64,000 nt of DNA from Clostridia bacterium (GCA_017503325.1 JAFVTI010000034.1:29840-93839), one strand, 5' to 3'; counted from the first letter of the stretch, positions 9,764-19,690 are shown. The notes: generated by a model not told the origin, from the letters alone. Numbers and translations: made by a program.

Positions 9764-10591
9764 TTATACAAACCTCCTCGCATACGCGCATCTGCGGCAC
9801 AGGTCTTCGGATGCGCGGCGGTGGGCAAAGCCCTCGGTCATGGCGCGGGCGCGGGGGGAGGCGAGGATATCCGAGAGGGGCTCTGTGAACACGTTGCCCA
9901 GCGTGATGACGCCGTCGCTGTCCATGCAGCAGGGCACGACAGAGCCGTCCGCGAGAATGCCGAAATGGTCGCCAAGGCCGTAGCAAAAGACCTCGTCGCC
10001 TTGGCACGGCGCGTCCTTGTCCGGCCAGGTAAAGCGGTCGCCCCACTCGAGATGCAGCTTGTCGCGGATGCGGATACCGCGCGTATTCTCGGTCCACTCT
10101 CCGTCAAAGCGCTCGCGCAGAAAAGTCTCGATGCGTGCGTTTTTGCCACCGTCAAACCCCTTGTTCCACAAGCGAAATACTACGATAATGCCCGCGCGCG
10201 AGGCCGAGTCGGCAAAATCGGCAATGCCCGAAAGGTACGCGTCAAAGGCGTGGTCGCTGCCGTCCTCAAAGCTGTGCACCGAAATGCTGACCTTGTGCGG
10301 CGCGGCTGCAATGATCTCGTCCTTGCGGCGCGAGAGCAGCGTGCCGTTGGTGGTGATGACCGAGCAGAATCCGCGTTCCTTTGCCATGCGCAAAAATTTT
10401 GGCAGGTCGGGGTGGGTCAGCGGCTCGCCCATCAGGTGATAATAGACGAATTGGGTCTGCCCGTCCAGAGCGTCCAGCACGCGGGAAAATTCCTCCTCGC
10501 TCATGCGGCGCGGCGTGCGGCTGTGCCCGTGGCAAAAGGAGCAGGCCATATTACAGATATTGGTGATCTCCACGTAAACGCGTGCATACAT
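9764..10591 (-). CDS. Radical SAM protein with SPASM/twitch domain
   Basis: CNMACSFC motif, MGEPL, and C-terminal FC...VVPCC...CRRC. Confidence 0.9.
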   Translation of the reverse strand: MYARVYVEITNICNMACSFCHGHSRTPRRMSEEEFSRVLDALDGQTQFVYYHLMGEPLTHPDLPKFLRMAKERGFCSVITTNGTLLSRRKDEIIAAAPHKVSISVHSFEDGSDHAFDAYLSGIADFADSASRAGIIVVFRLWNKGFDGGKNARIETFLRERFDGEWTENTRGIRIRDKLHLEWGDRFTWPDKDAPCQGDEVFCYGLGDHFGILADGSVVPCCMDSDGVITLGNVFTEPLSDILASPRARAMTEGFAHRRASEDLCRRCAYARRFV

Positions 10592-10614
10592 ATCAAAGCT
10601 GCTCCTTTCTGCGC

Positions 10615-11283
10615 TTATTTTTCAATATCCGCCCACAAAAGCAGGTGGTCGGAGTGGTGATTTTGCAAAGTGCCCGTGTCTGCGATGTGCCAATCGGGGC
10701 TGCAGAGAATGTTGTCGATGCCCTCGCCCGAGGCGGGGAAGGTAGCGTACTTGCCCGGATTTGCAAGGCTTGCGCCCTCAAATCCGTCAAAGCAGGAAAG
10801 ATCGGCGGTATTGAAATCGCCCGTCAATATCCACGAGGGGGATTGCGCGGTCAGGTCTGCCAGCAACTCAAATTGCGGTGCGCGCATCGCGCCCGACTCA
10901 ACCGACAGGTGCGTGTTAAAAAAGTCCACGCGCTCGCCGTCTGCGTCAAGGACTGCATGCCCGACCGAGCGACCCTCAGCAGATGCGGGAGTGGGGAGAG
11001 GAATGATTTCAAAGGCGTTGATGGGGTAGCGGGAAAGTATGGCCGTGCCGTATTGCCCGCCCGCAAAATCAATGGCGCGGCAAAAGGCGCAGTGCTCCCA
11101 TCCAAGCGCACGCGCAAGCTCGTCAAGCGTGTCTCGACCGCCTACGCGCGAGGTGCGCACGTCTACCTCTTGCAAGCCGACGATATCGGCACCCATCGAC
11201 AAAATATCTGCCGCCAAAAGTGACATATCGTGGCGCACGTCGTGCCCGTTTCGGATATTGTAGCTGACCACGCGCAGTTTCAT
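10615..11283 (-). CDS. Endonuclease/exonuclease/phosphatase family protein
   Basis: SYNI, LQEVD, NTHLS, GDFN and SDH motifs. Confidence 0.9.
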   Translation of the reverse strand: MKLRVVSYNIRNGHDVRHDMSLLAADILSMGADIVGLQEVDVRTSRVGGRDTLDELARALGWEHCAFCRAIDFAGGQYGTAILSRYPINAFEIIPLPTPASAEGRSVGHAVLDADGERVDFFNTHLSVESGAMRAPQFELLADLTAQSPSWILTGDFNTADLSCFDGFEGASLANPGKYATFPASGEGIDNILCSPDWHIADTGTLQNHHSDHLLLWADIEK

Positions 11284-11376
11284 AACCCGACCGTTCCTTT
11301 CATCAATATACGCCTATTATAGCACGAAGCGCGAATAAATACAAGAATATTTTGATTTATTTCGTAGGGGCGAACA

Positions 11377-11405
11377 AAGAACCACCGCATGTGCGGTGGT
11401 TCTTT
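11377..11405. terminator. Intrinsic terminator of the ABC operon
   Basis: AAAGAACCACCGCA-T-GTGCGGTGGTTCTTT-type long inverted repeat right after the permease stop. Confidence 0.7.
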
Positions 11406-11408
11406 GAC

Positions 11409-12140
11409 TTATTGCTTTTTCATCTGTCTTAGGAACAAGAGCACGGCAAGCGCGAGCAGCACGGCGGTATAGCCCAGCACCCACCAAAGGTGCGGGAAAA
11501 TGCCTGCGAAATCGCCGGAGATCAGCGCGCGCTCCATTTCCACGGCGTGCACGAAGGGCAGGGCATAGGCGATTTTCTTGAACACGCCGCCCACAAGCTC
11601 CAAATCAAACCAGATGCCCGAAAGCCAGGCGGAGAGGTTGGTCAGGATTGAGCCGCACACCGCGCCCGCCTGTTTATCGGTCAGGATGCTGCCGAACAAA
11701 AGCCCCATGGCAATGAAGAGAAGTGCGACGGGAATGATCATGGCAAGCGCGTACAGGATATTGACCGAGGGAGTCAGCCCCAAGGGCAGCGCGACCAGAT
11801 AGCAAACCGCGCTTTGCGCCAAGGAAATGGGCAGCATGGGGAGCGTGTAGCCCAGAATAAAGTCAAGAGGGGTCAGCGGCGTGGTGTAAAGACGCTGCAA
11901 AAGCGCGCTGCCGCGGTCCTTTGCGATAATGACGGATGAAAACATGGTCATAAAGGAAAGGCCGAATACGGTCACGCCGGGGGTCAGATGGTCGATCTCA
12001 AACAGCGAGACCGGAATATTGGCCTGAATGATGCTCAGCAGTAAGATCAGCACCACGGGAAAGCCAAGACCGAAGAAGAGATTGAGCGGATCGCGCAAAA
12101 TCTCCAGCGCGTTTCTTTTTGCAAAGGTCAGCATTCTCAT
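11409..12140 (-). CDS. ABC-2 type exporter permease
   Basis: Six TM segments, EILRDP and RL-TTPL motifs; coupled to the ATPase. Confidence 0.9.
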   Translation of the reverse strand: MRMLTFAKRNALEILRDPLNLFFGLGFPVVLILLLSIIQANIPVSLFEIDHLTPGVTVFGLSFMTMFSSVIIAKDRGSALLQRLYTTPLTPLDFILGYTLPMLPISLAQSAVCYLVALPLGLTPSVNILYALAMIIPVALLFIAMGLLFGSILTDKQAGAVCGSILTNLSAWLSGIWFDLELVGGVFKKIAYALPFVHAVEMERALISGDFAGIFPHLWWVLGYTAVLLALAVLLFLRQMKKQ

Positions 12141-12868
12141 GCGCGCACCCCCTTTACCACCTTGATAAAGGCTTGCTCAAAGCTGTCCGTGCCTGCGGCC
12201 GCTTTGATGGCATCGGCCGTGTCGCAGACAAGCAGCCTGCCGTCCTTCATAATGCCAATGCGGTCCGAGAGTGCCTCGGCCTCTTCCATGTAGTGCGTGG
12301 TCAGAATGACGGTGACAGATCCCTTGAGCGCGCGGATGATGTCCCAGAGGTCGCTGCGCGCCAGCACGTCAAGGCCGAGTGTGGGCTCGTCGAGAAACAG
12401 GATCTCGGGCTCGCTGATCAGCGCCATGGCAATGCTCAGGCGTCGCTGCCAACCGCCCGAAAGCTTACCCGCCTTCTTTTTCATGATTGCATCAAGCCCC
12501 AGAAGCGCGGTCAGCTCGGCGATCTTGGCTTCTTTTTTGTCTTTTTCAAAGCCGTGCACGCCGCAGATCAGCTCCAGATTTTCGCGCACCGAAAGTCCGG
12601 GCGCGACGGCAGTTTCCTGCGGGGAGACTGCGATCATGGATTTGACGGCCGTGGCGTCGGTGCGAATGCTCTTGCCAAGCAGAAATGCGTCGCCCTCGGT
12701 GGGGGCAGAGAGACAGCAAAGCATTTTGATGGTGGTGGTCTTTCCCGCGCCGTTGACTCCAAGCAGCGAGAAAAGCTCGCCGCGGCGCACGTCAAGCGAG
12801 AGGTGATCCACCGCCAAAACGTCGCGGTATTGCTTGGTTAAATTTCTGATTTCGATAGCGTTTGTCAT
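12137..12868 (-). CDS. ABC exporter ATP-binding protein
   Basis: Walker A GVNGAGKTT, signature LSGGW, Walker B LFLDEP. Confidence 0.95.
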   Translation of the reverse strand: MTNAIEIRNLTKQYRDVLAVDHLSLDVRRGELFSLLGVNGAGKTTTIKMLCCLSAPTEGDAFLLGKSIRTDATAVKSMIAVSPQETAVAPGLSVRENLELICGVHGFEKDKKEAKIAELTALLGLDAIMKKKAGKLSGGWQRRLSIAMALISEPEILFLDEPTLGLDVLARSDLWDIIRALKGSVTVILTTHYMEEAEALSDRIGIMKDGRLLVCDTADAIKAAAGTDSFEQAFIKVVKGVRA

Positions 12869-13431
12869 ACGTTTTCCTCCTTGACGTATTTTGTGCGCAG
12901 ACCTTGGTAAACGTCGGTCAGCATGCTGCTGATCAGCTCGGGATCAAGCGAGAGGTAGGACGTGGCCAGTATGGTGCCAATGCCGTGCACAAAGCACCAC
13001 ATCTCCAGATGCCAGCGCTCGGCCTCCTCTTTGGAAATTCCGTTGGCCTTCATGATCATGTCCACCGACTGTGAATAATCTGACGAGGGAAGCAGGTCTT
13101 GGCCCTTGCGGTCACACATGAAAAGCACGCGAAAAAGCTGCTTTTCCTCTTTGGCAAAGCGGATATACGCCATGCCGAAGGCCTTGTAGGGCGGGTATTG
13201 ACCGCTTTCCATCTCGTGTGTCAGAAAGCTGTGATAATGGCTGTATGCAGCCGAGAACACAGATTGCTGCAGGTCGTCCAGAGAATCAAAATTGGAAAAA
13301 ATAGGCTGGGTAGAGCAGCCGAGCGCGGCGGCGATGGTGCGCGCATTCATGGCCTGCTCGCCCTGTTCGCGTAAAAGTGACAGCGTGGCTGCAACAATCT
13401 CCTGTTTTGTAATCTTTACCTTGGGCGGCAT
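12865..13431 (-). CDS. TetR/AcrR family regulator
   Basis: MPPKVKITKQEIV...NARTIAAALGCSTQPIFSNF HTH; first gene of the exporter operon. Confidence 0.9.
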   Translation of the reverse strand: MPPKVKITKQEIVAATLSLLREQGEQAMNARTIAAALGCSTQPIFSNFDSLDDLQQSVFSAAYSHYHSFLTHEMESGQYPPYKAFGMAYIRFAKEEKQLFRVLFMCDRKGQDLLPSSDYSQSVDMIMKANGISKEEAERWHLEMWCFVHGIGTILATSYLSLDPELISSMLTDVYQGLRTKYVKEENV

Positions 13432-13446
13432 AGGTACCTCCGAAAA

Positions 13447-13474
13447 ATAACGAGTGATATATAACACATGTTAT
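13447..13474. promoter_or_regulatory. Candidate tandem TetR operators
   Basis: ATAACA-CA-TGTTAT (13461-13474) and a weaker ATAAC-GAGT-GATAT (13447-13460), between the promoter and the tetR start. Confidence 0.55.
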
Positions 13475-13554
13475 TATACACACAAAAGAGAAAAAAGTCA
13501 ATAGGAAATGAAAAAATATGCGCCGCGTGAATTCTGTTTTCGCCACACTTTCGG

Positions 13555-13583
13555 TTGACAAAAGCTGCCGAATGGAGTATAAT
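13555..13583 (+). promoter_or_regulatory. sigmaA promoter of mnmE
   Basis: TTGACA-17bp-TATAAT. Confidence 0.75.
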
Positions 13584-13620
13584 TAAAATGATATATTATG
13601 GAATTGACAGGGGTATTGAT

Positions 13621-15018
13621 ATGATTACGGATACCATAGCGGCAATCAGCACGCCGTACGGCAAGGGTGGCGTGGCACTCATCCGCGTCAGCGGTGAGCG
13701 CGCGGTGGAAATTGCCGATCGGGTGTTTCTCCCCGCGGGCGGCAAGCGGCTTTGCGAGCTGCCTGCCAATTATATGGTCTACGGCCGCATCGTGGATGTC
13801 GCGGACGGGAACGTGCCCATCGACGACGGCATGGCGGTGGTATTTTACGCGCCGCATTCCTTTACGGGTGAGAACACGGTTGAGATCACCTGTCACGGCG
13901 GCGTGCTGGTCACGCAAAGCGTACTGACCTGCATTCTTGCCGCAGGCGCGCGTCCTGCCCTGGCGGGGGAGTTTACCAAGCGTGCCTTTATCAACGGAAA
14001 ATTAGGGCTTTCGGCTGCCGAGGCGTTGGGAAACCTGCTTGAAGCGGGCACGAGAGAGCAAATGCTGCTCTCGGGTGCGGGCATGCGCGGTGGACTTAGT
14101 AAAAAAACAAATGAAATATATGATAGCCTTTGCATGGTGCTCTCCAGCATTTTTGCGCGCATCGACTATCCCGACGAGGACTTAGCCGACATGAGCCGCG
14201 AGCAGATGCGCGACGCTTTGGCGGATGCGCTTGCAAGAACCGAGGCGTTGGCGGCAACTTACCGTACGGGGCACGCGGTAGCCGAGGGCATTCCCACAGT
14301 CATCTGCGGACGCGCCAACAGCGGCAAGAGCTCGCTTTATAACCGCATCGTGGGCAGGGAAGCGGCTATCGTGACCGATATTGCGGGCACCACGCGCGAC
14401 GTACTGACGGAAACAGCGGCCATCGGGCGCGTGACCGTACGCTTGCACGACACGGCGGGCTTGCGCGAGTCCGACGACCGCGTGGAGCAGATCGGCGTGC
14501 AAAGAGCCCTGGAGCACCTGGAGAGTGCCGAGCTGGTGCTTGCGGTGTTTGATGCCTGCGTGCCGCTGACCGACGAGGATAGCGATCTTTTGGACAAGCT
14601 CATGCATCATGGCGGCTGCGTGATCGGTGTGATCAATAAGACCGATGCCGCAAGTGCCGGGCAGGTGCAGGCGCTTAGTGCAAGACTTCAAGCGTGCACG
14701 TCCTGTACAATCAGTCTGTCAGCAAGGACAGGCGAGGGCTTTGACGCGCTGGTAGCAGCGGTCAACGATGCCTTTATTGACGGCGCGATCGATCTGCGCC
14801 ATGATGCCGTGGTGGCAAACGCACGCCAGCATGCCGCGCTGATTGCGGCATCCGAGCGTATCGGGCAGGCAATTGACGCCATTGACATGGGTCTGCCTGT
14901 CGATCTTTGCTGCTCGGACGTGGAGCAGGCAGCCACAGCCTTGGCCGAGGTGGACGGCAGAGCCGTTTGCGAGGACGTGGTCGCGGGCATTTTTGCACAT
15001 TTTTGCGTAGGGAAATAA
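13621..15018 (+). CDS. mnmE: tRNA modification GTPase MnmE
   Basis: DTIAAISTP, SFTGE-TVEI-CHGG, G1 GRANSGKSS, GTTRD, DTAG and terminal FCVGK. Confidence 0.97.
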   Translation: MITDTIAAISTPYGKGGVALIRVSGERAVEIADRVFLPAGGKRLCELPANYMVYGRIVDVADGNVPIDDGMAVVFYAPHSFTGENTVEITCHGGVLVTQSVLTCILAAGARPALAGEFTKRAFINGKLGLSAAEALGNLLEAGTREQMLLSGAGMRGGLSKKTNEIYDSLCMVLSSIFARIDYPDEDLADMSREQMRDALADALARTEALAATYRTGHAVAEGIPTVICGRANSGKSSLYNRIVGREAAIVTDIAGTTRDVLTETAAIGRVTVRLHDTAGLRESDDRVEQIGVQRALEHLESAELVLAVFDACVPLTDEDSDLLDKLMHHGGCVIGVINKTDAASAGQVQALSARLQACTSCTISLSARTGEGFDALVAAVNDAFIDGAIDLRHDAVVANARQHAALIAASERIGQAIDAIDMGLPVDLCCSDVEQAATALAEVDGRAVCEDVVAGIFAHFCVGK

Positions 15019-15045
15019 AAAATAAAAATACATAGGAGAAGTGTT

Positions 15046-17112
15046 ATGAATCAACAAACTGATCCCAAGTACCAAGCGTTATTTACCCCTTGGAAGATCG
15101 GCAACGTCGAGATCAAAAACCGCATTGTCATGTGCCCCATGGGCGGCACGTCGCTGTTCGGTTGGTTTGAGCTGACGGGTTGTCATTTTGACAAGGAAGC
15201 AGCAAAGCTGTTCTTGGAGCGCGCCGACAATAACGTCGGTCTGATCATCCCCGGCATCGCGCCCGTGCGTGATACCTTCTGGGGCAAGTGGCTGTGGCAG
15301 AACCCCAAGATGTTTGAGGATCTCAAGGAGTTCATGGACGAGATCCACAAGTCGGGCGCGAAGCTGTTTATCCAGCTGACCGCGGGCATGGGGCGCTCCT
15401 GGGCGATCACCGATCTGATCGCACCCTTGCACAAGAACAAGTTTACCCGTGCTGTGATCAAGCCCGTGATCGATACCTCGCATGAGCTTGCCAGCCCCAG
15501 CCCTCAGCCCTCGAGATGGGCGCATGATATCATCTGCCCCGAGATCACGGTAGAGCAGATCCACGAGATCATCGAGGCCTTTGCCAAGACCGCAAAGCTT
15601 TGCAAGGACGCGGGCGTGGACGGCGTGGAGGTGCACGCGGTGCACGAGGGCTATTTGCTTGACCAGTTTGCGATTGAATTTTTCAACAAGCGTACCGACG
15701 AGTACGGCGGCAGCTTTGAAAACCGCTATCGCTTCGCAGCCGAGATTGTCAAGGCAATCAAGGAAAAGTGCGGTGCGGATTATCCCGTCTCTCTGCGTTA
15801 CTCGGTGGAGTCCAAGATGAAGGGCTTTTGCGAGGGTGCAATGCCGGGCGAGGACTACGTTGAGGTAGGCCGCAGCATGGAAGAGAGCGAAAAGGCGGTC
15901 AAGTTCCTGCAGGATGCGGGATATGACATGCTCAACGCGGACAACGGCACCTACGACTCCTGGTACTGGGCACATCCGCCGATGTACATGCCCGAAAACT
16001 GCAACCTTGATGACGTTGCGCATATCAAGCAGTTTGTGGATATTCCCGTGGTTTGCGCGGGCAGAATGGATCCCGAGGCGGGTGCCAAGGCGATCGCCGA
16101 GGGCAGAATCGACGGTATGGGCGTGGCGCGTCAGTTCCTGGTTGACCCCGAATGGGTCACCAAGCTGATCGAGGACAGAATTGAGGACATCAAGCCCTGC
16201 ATCTGCTGCCATGCCGGCTGCTTTAACTTCTCCCGCTCCAAGGGTCATGCAAACACGCAGGATCTGACCGATACCATGGGGCTTTCCCGTTGCGCGCTCA
16301 ACCCGCAGACCATGCAGTCTAAAAAATATCACATCGAGCCCGCCAAGAAGCAAAAGAAGATCGCTATTATCGGCGGCGGTATCGGCGGTATGGAGGCGGC
16401 TATCGTTTGCGCGAAGCGCGGTCATAAGGTCACGCTGTACGAAAAGAGCGATAAGCTGGGCGGCGTGTTCATCGCAGCTGCAGCCCCCTCCTACAAGGAA
16501 AAGGACCGCGATCTGATCGCGTGGTATATCCGTGAGATGGCAAAGCATCCCATCGAGATCAAGTTCAATACCGAAATCAAGGACGTCAAGGCTCTGGATG
16601 CCGACGAGGTCATCGTGGCAACCGGTGCCGTGGCAAAGAGGATTCCGATCCCGGGCGTGGAGCGTTCGATCGAGGCTGTTGACTTCCTACTGGGCAACAA
16701 GCAGGTTGGTGACAAGGTAGTCGTCATCGGCGGCGGCCTGACCGGCTGCGAGATCGCGTACGAGCTGTACCTGCAGGGTAAGCAGCCCACCATTGTGGAG
16801 ATGCAGGACGACCTGATCACCACCAAGGGCATCTGCCTTGCAAACACCTCTTATCTGCGCGATTTCTTCAAGACCAACCAAGTGCCCGTGCACTTAGAGA
16901 CCGGTGTCAGCGAAATCAACGAGAGCGGCGTTGTGGTCAAGCACAAGGACGGCTCCACCGAGGCAATCGAAGCAGATTCTGTCATTCTCTCTGTTGGTTA
17001 CAATCCCGCACCCGTGGCAACCAAGGGTGTACACGTGATTGGTGATGCCAAGGCTGTCGGCAACCTGCGTACCGTAATCTGGGGAGCTTGGGACGTGGCA
17101 ATGAAGCTGTAA
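15046..17112 (+). CDS. 2-enoate reductase-like Fe-S flavoenzyme (OYE barrel plus FAD/NAD domain)
   Basis: IKNRIVMCPM, VHAVHEGYLLDQF, RTDEYGGSFENR, Fe-S motif CICCHAGC...C and two GGG dinucleotide-binding motifs. Confidence 0.88.
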   Translation: MNQQTDPKYQALFTPWKIGNVEIKNRIVMCPMGGTSLFGWFELTGCHFDKEAAKLFLERADNNVGLIIPGIAPVRDTFWGKWLWQNPKMFEDLKEFMDEIHKSGAKLFIQLTAGMGRSWAITDLIAPLHKNKFTRAVIKPVIDTSHELASPSPQPSRWAHDIICPEITVEQIHEIIEAFAKTAKLCKDAGVDGVEVHAVHEGYLLDQFAIEFFNKRTDEYGGSFENRYRFAAEIVKAIKEKCGADYPVSLRYSVESKMKGFCEGAMPGEDYVEVGRSMEESEKAVKFLQDAGYDMLNADNGTYDSWYWAHPPMYMPENCNLDDVAHIKQFVDIPVVCAGRMDPEAGAKAIAEGRIDGMGVARQFLVDPEWVTKLIEDRIEDIKPCICCHAGCFNFSRSKGHANTQDLTDTMGLSRCALNPQTMQSKKYHIEPAKKQKKIAIIGGGIGGMEAAIVCAKRGHKVTLYEKSDKLGGVFIAAAAPSYKEKDRDLIAWYIREMAKHPIEIKFNTEIKDVKALDADEVIVATGAVAKRIPIPGVERSIEAVDFLLGNKQVGDKVVVIGGGLTGCEIAYELYLQGKQPTIVEMQDDLITTKGICLANTSYLRDFFKTNQVPVHLETGVSEINESGVVVKHKDGSTEAIEADSVILSVGYNPAPVATKGVHVIGDAKAVGNLRTVIWGAWDVAMKL

Positions 17113-17117
17113 AATGC

Positions 17118-17165
17118 GTAGGGGCGACCTGCGGTCGCCCGCGGGCGCACACAGTGCGCCCCTAC
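17118..17165. repeat. GTAG-type REP doublet (family A)
   Basis: GTAGGGGCG...CGCCCCTAC with two internal hairpins; 44/48 identical to the reverse complement of 58017-58064. Confidence 0.85.
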
Positions 17166-17198
17166 GATCGAATTTAGATGATGAAAGGATATACGTCT

Positions 17199-18476
17199 AT
17201 GATACTGACAAAAGAACAACAGGCAATTCTGGACGGTGAGAAGGGCGAGACCATGGCCAAGGTCATGAAAACGCTGGTCATGTACGGTGACGCGTTTGAG
17301 GCCGAAAAGTTGGTGCCCATTACCTCCAAGTATAACCACCTTGTGACCTCGTTTGGTCTGAAGGTCATGTCTCCCGTGTACGATCTGATGCAGCAGCTGC
17401 TGGATGCAGGCGTGGTGTCTGATCAGAAATTCTCGGTTGACCCCAGACCTCTGGACAAGAACGTACCCGCAAACGTGCTGCAGAATTTTGTTTTCAATAA
17501 GTTCATGTACACCAAGCAGGATTTTTACGAGGAGCAGCTGCATAAGCTGGGTCTGATGGACGACAAGGCCTTCTCCTGTACCTGCTATATGGACGAGGTG
17601 GGCAACAAGCCGGGCAAGGGCGACGTGCTTTCCTGGGCGGAGTCCTCTGCTGTGGTGTATGCAAACTCGGTGCTGGGGGCAAGATGCAACCGTAACTCGG
17701 GCATCATTGATATCATGGGCTCGATCGTGGGCTACGTGCCTTATTTTGGCCTGCTGACCGACGAGGGCAGACGCGCTACCTGGGTCATCAAGGTGCAGAC
17801 CACCAAGAAGCCCGAGGCACAGCTGCTTGGCTCGGCCATCGGCATGAAGGTCATGGAGGACGTGCCTTACGTGGTTGGCCTGGATCAGTGGATCGGCACA
17901 GAGCTTGACGATGCCGCTTGCGCGTACCTCAAGGACTTTGGCGCGGCAACCGCATCCAACGGCGCAGTCGGCCTTTACCATATCGCAAATCTGACCCCCG
18001 AGGCTGTAGAACTTGGCGAAGCTCTGATCGCCGAGGGCGCAAAGGAATATATCATCGACGACGCTGAGCTGCAGCGTGTACAGGACAATTATCCCGTGAT
18101 GTGGAAGAACGCGGATGCAACCCCCAAGCTCTGCTTTGTCGGCTGCCCGCACCTGTCCTTGGAGCAGCTCAAGACCTGGACCGATAACATCGAGGCAGCT
18201 CTGGCCGCAAACGGACAGAAGAAGGTGGTCATTCCCACGGTTCTGACCGCAGCACCCGCCGTGCTGGAGGCGTTCGGTAAGACCGATTACGCCGCAAGAC
18301 TCAAGGCAACCGGCGTCATCACCTCGTATATCTGCCCCTTAATGTATATGAACAATCCGCTTTGCAAGAAGATGCCGGTCATCACCTCGTCCAACAAGCT
18401 GCGCACCTATACCAGCTCGAGATATTACAGAGACGAGGAAATTTTGCAGGCTATTACGGGAGGTAAAAAGGCATGA
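17199..18476 (+). CDS. Aconitase X catalytic (large) subunit, DUF521
   Basis: LTKEQQAILDGEKG, SCTCY, WAESSAVVYANSVLGARCNR, VGCPHLS and TSSNK motifs. Confidence 0.88.
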   Translation: MILTKEQQAILDGEKGETMAKVMKTLVMYGDAFEAEKLVPITSKYNHLVTSFGLKVMSPVYDLMQQLLDAGVVSDQKFSVDPRPLDKNVPANVLQNFVFNKFMYTKQDFYEEQLHKLGLMDDKAFSCTCYMDEVGNKPGKGDVLSWAESSAVVYANSVLGARCNRNSGIIDIMGSIVGYVPYFGLLTDEGRRATWVIKVQTTKKPEAQLLGSAIGMKVMEDVPYVVGLDQWIGTELDDAACAYLKDFGAATASNGAVGLYHIANLTPEAVELGEALIAEGAKEYIIDDAELQRVQDNYPVMWKNADATPKLCFVGCPHLSLEQLKTWTDNIEAALAANGQKKVVIPTVLTAAPAVLEAFGKTDYAARLKATGVITSYICPLMYMNNPLCKKMPVITSSNKLRTYTSSRYYRDEEILQAITGGKKA

Positions 18477-18916
18477 GAGAATTCAAGGGTAGAGTGGTCA
18501 CCCCCGGCCAGGTCACGGCCGAGGCACTTGTGAGCACGCAGGGATTTAATACGCTGGCATCCTTCCAGATGGCATTGCAGTTTGGCGATAAGCAGGTCAA
18601 ATGCGGCGACCAGAATAACACAGATATTCACGGCAAGCCCATGATCGGCAAGGCACTTTGCCTGCCGCAGACCATCGGCTCCACCACGGGCGGCCTTGTG
18701 CTGTATTGCGCGTGCGCCATGGAAAAGAGCCCCGCTTGCATGCTGTTTGCAAACCATATCGACTCGCTGGCAGCCGCAGGCGCGGTGCTGGCCGACGTTT
18801 GGGTCGAGGGCGTCAGCATGCCTGTTGTGGATTGTCTTGGCGATGAGTTCCTCGCTTACGTCAAGGACGGCATGACGGTCACCGTCAAAGAGGACGGCGT
18901 GGTCGTTGTAGAGTAA
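18473..18916 (+). CDS. Aconitase X swivel (small) subunit, DUF126
   Basis: FKGRVVTPG-V-AEALVS and GKAL-LP--IGSTTGG; ATGA overlap with the large subunit. Confidence 0.85.
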   Translation: MREFKGRVVTPGQVTAEALVSTQGFNTLASFQMALQFGDKQVKCGDQNNTDIHGKPMIGKALCLPQTIGSTTGGLVLYCACAMEKSPACMLFANHIDSLAAAGAVLADVWVEGVSMPVVDCLGDEFLAYVKDGMTVTVKEDGVVVVE

Positions 18917-18936
18917 ACGACAAAAAATAGTATAAG

Positions 18937-18975
18937 AAAATCTCCTCCTTGCCCAAGTGCAGGAGGAGATTTTTT
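18937..18975 (+). terminator. Intrinsic terminator
   Basis: AAAATCTCCTCCT...AGGAGGAGATTTTTT after the acnX small subunit. Confidence 0.75.
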
Positions 18976-19010
18976 GGGTTGCATCATCCTGAGTGTCATC
19001 CTGAGCCAAG

Positions 19011-19113
19011 CCCCTGCCCGTCATCCTCGAGCAAGCATTCCCATTTTTAAGATTCTTCGCTGCGCTCAAGAATGACAAAAATGGGAATGCGCCGCGAAGG
19101 ATCTTGGCAGGGG
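19011..19113 (+). repeat. Structured GTCATCC/TCGAGC-type palindromic element (family B), copy 1
   Basis: Outer stem CCCCTGCC/GGCAGGGG, inner stem GCATTCCCATTTTT/AAAAATGGGAATGC; homologous to the reverse complement of 19726-19826. Confidence 0.8.
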
Positions 19114-19141
19114 CTCCGCTTATGATGCACACGTGACACTT

Positions 19142-19690
19142 TTACAAATACTTCTGCATCATATATTCATCAAGCAGAGAACCATCCCTTTGCCGAATGG
19201 CGTTTGGCTTTTTGCCGACAATCTCAAAGCCGTATTTTTCATAAAGTGCTCTTGCGCGGTTATTGCCCTCGATAAATTCCAATTCCATGATCATGATGCC
19301 GTGCTTCCGTGCCGCTGCGATCATTTGCTCAAACATGGCAGAGCCGATGCCTAAGGCCCAGTAATCCTGCAGGATTGCAATGGCAATGGTCGCGCGATGG
19401 CTTGTTTTCATGCCCGTGTGAAACATGATTTCGCAGTTTCCTGCCAATTTACCGTCCACAAAGCAGGTAATAGCCAGAACGTCGGGCGATTCGCGCCGAT
19501 TTTGTACCCAGGCCTGCTCACGCTCCAGGGGCATGCTTGCCCATTCCTCGGGATATCGCGCCAAAAATTCGGTTTCACCGCAAGCCTTGGTGATGTATGC
19601 CAGCAAATCTGCCGCGTCCGCAACCTCGGGGGAGCGCAGAACGGCCTGTCTGCCGTCCTTGAGTTGTATTTGTATTGGTTGTAATATCAT
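19142..19690 (-). CDS. GNAT family N-acetyltransferase
   Basis: YWALGIGS acetyl-CoA loop and N-RARALYEKYGF. Confidence 0.92.
   Translation of the reverse strand: MILQPIQIQLKDGRQAVLRSPEVADAADLLAYITKACGETEFLARYPEEWASMPLEREQAWVQNRRESPDVLAITCFVDGKLAGNCEIMFHTGMKTSHRATIAIAILQDYWALGIGSAMFEQMIAAARKHGIMIMELEFIEGNNRARALYEKYGFEIVGKKPNAIRQRDGSLLDEYMMQKYL

Noticed and set aside
9764-10591. Radical SAM/SPASM protein as a RiPP maturase
   Set aside because: No precursor peptide, RRE domain or peptide exporter is linked to it; it is a short stand-alone type.
13621-15018. mnmE as a marker of the replication origin
   Set aside because: No rnpA, yidC, mnmG, dnaA or DnaA-box cluster nearby.
15046-17112. Possible bilirubin reductase (BilR) or BaiCD/BaiH
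   Set aside because: It lacks the HGDR motif of BilR and has no bai gene context; the active-site motif fits enoate reductases.
18984-19113. Repeated TCATCCTGAG units as a possible CRISPR array
   Set aside because: No regular repeat-spacer period and no cas genes; they belong to palindromic family B.
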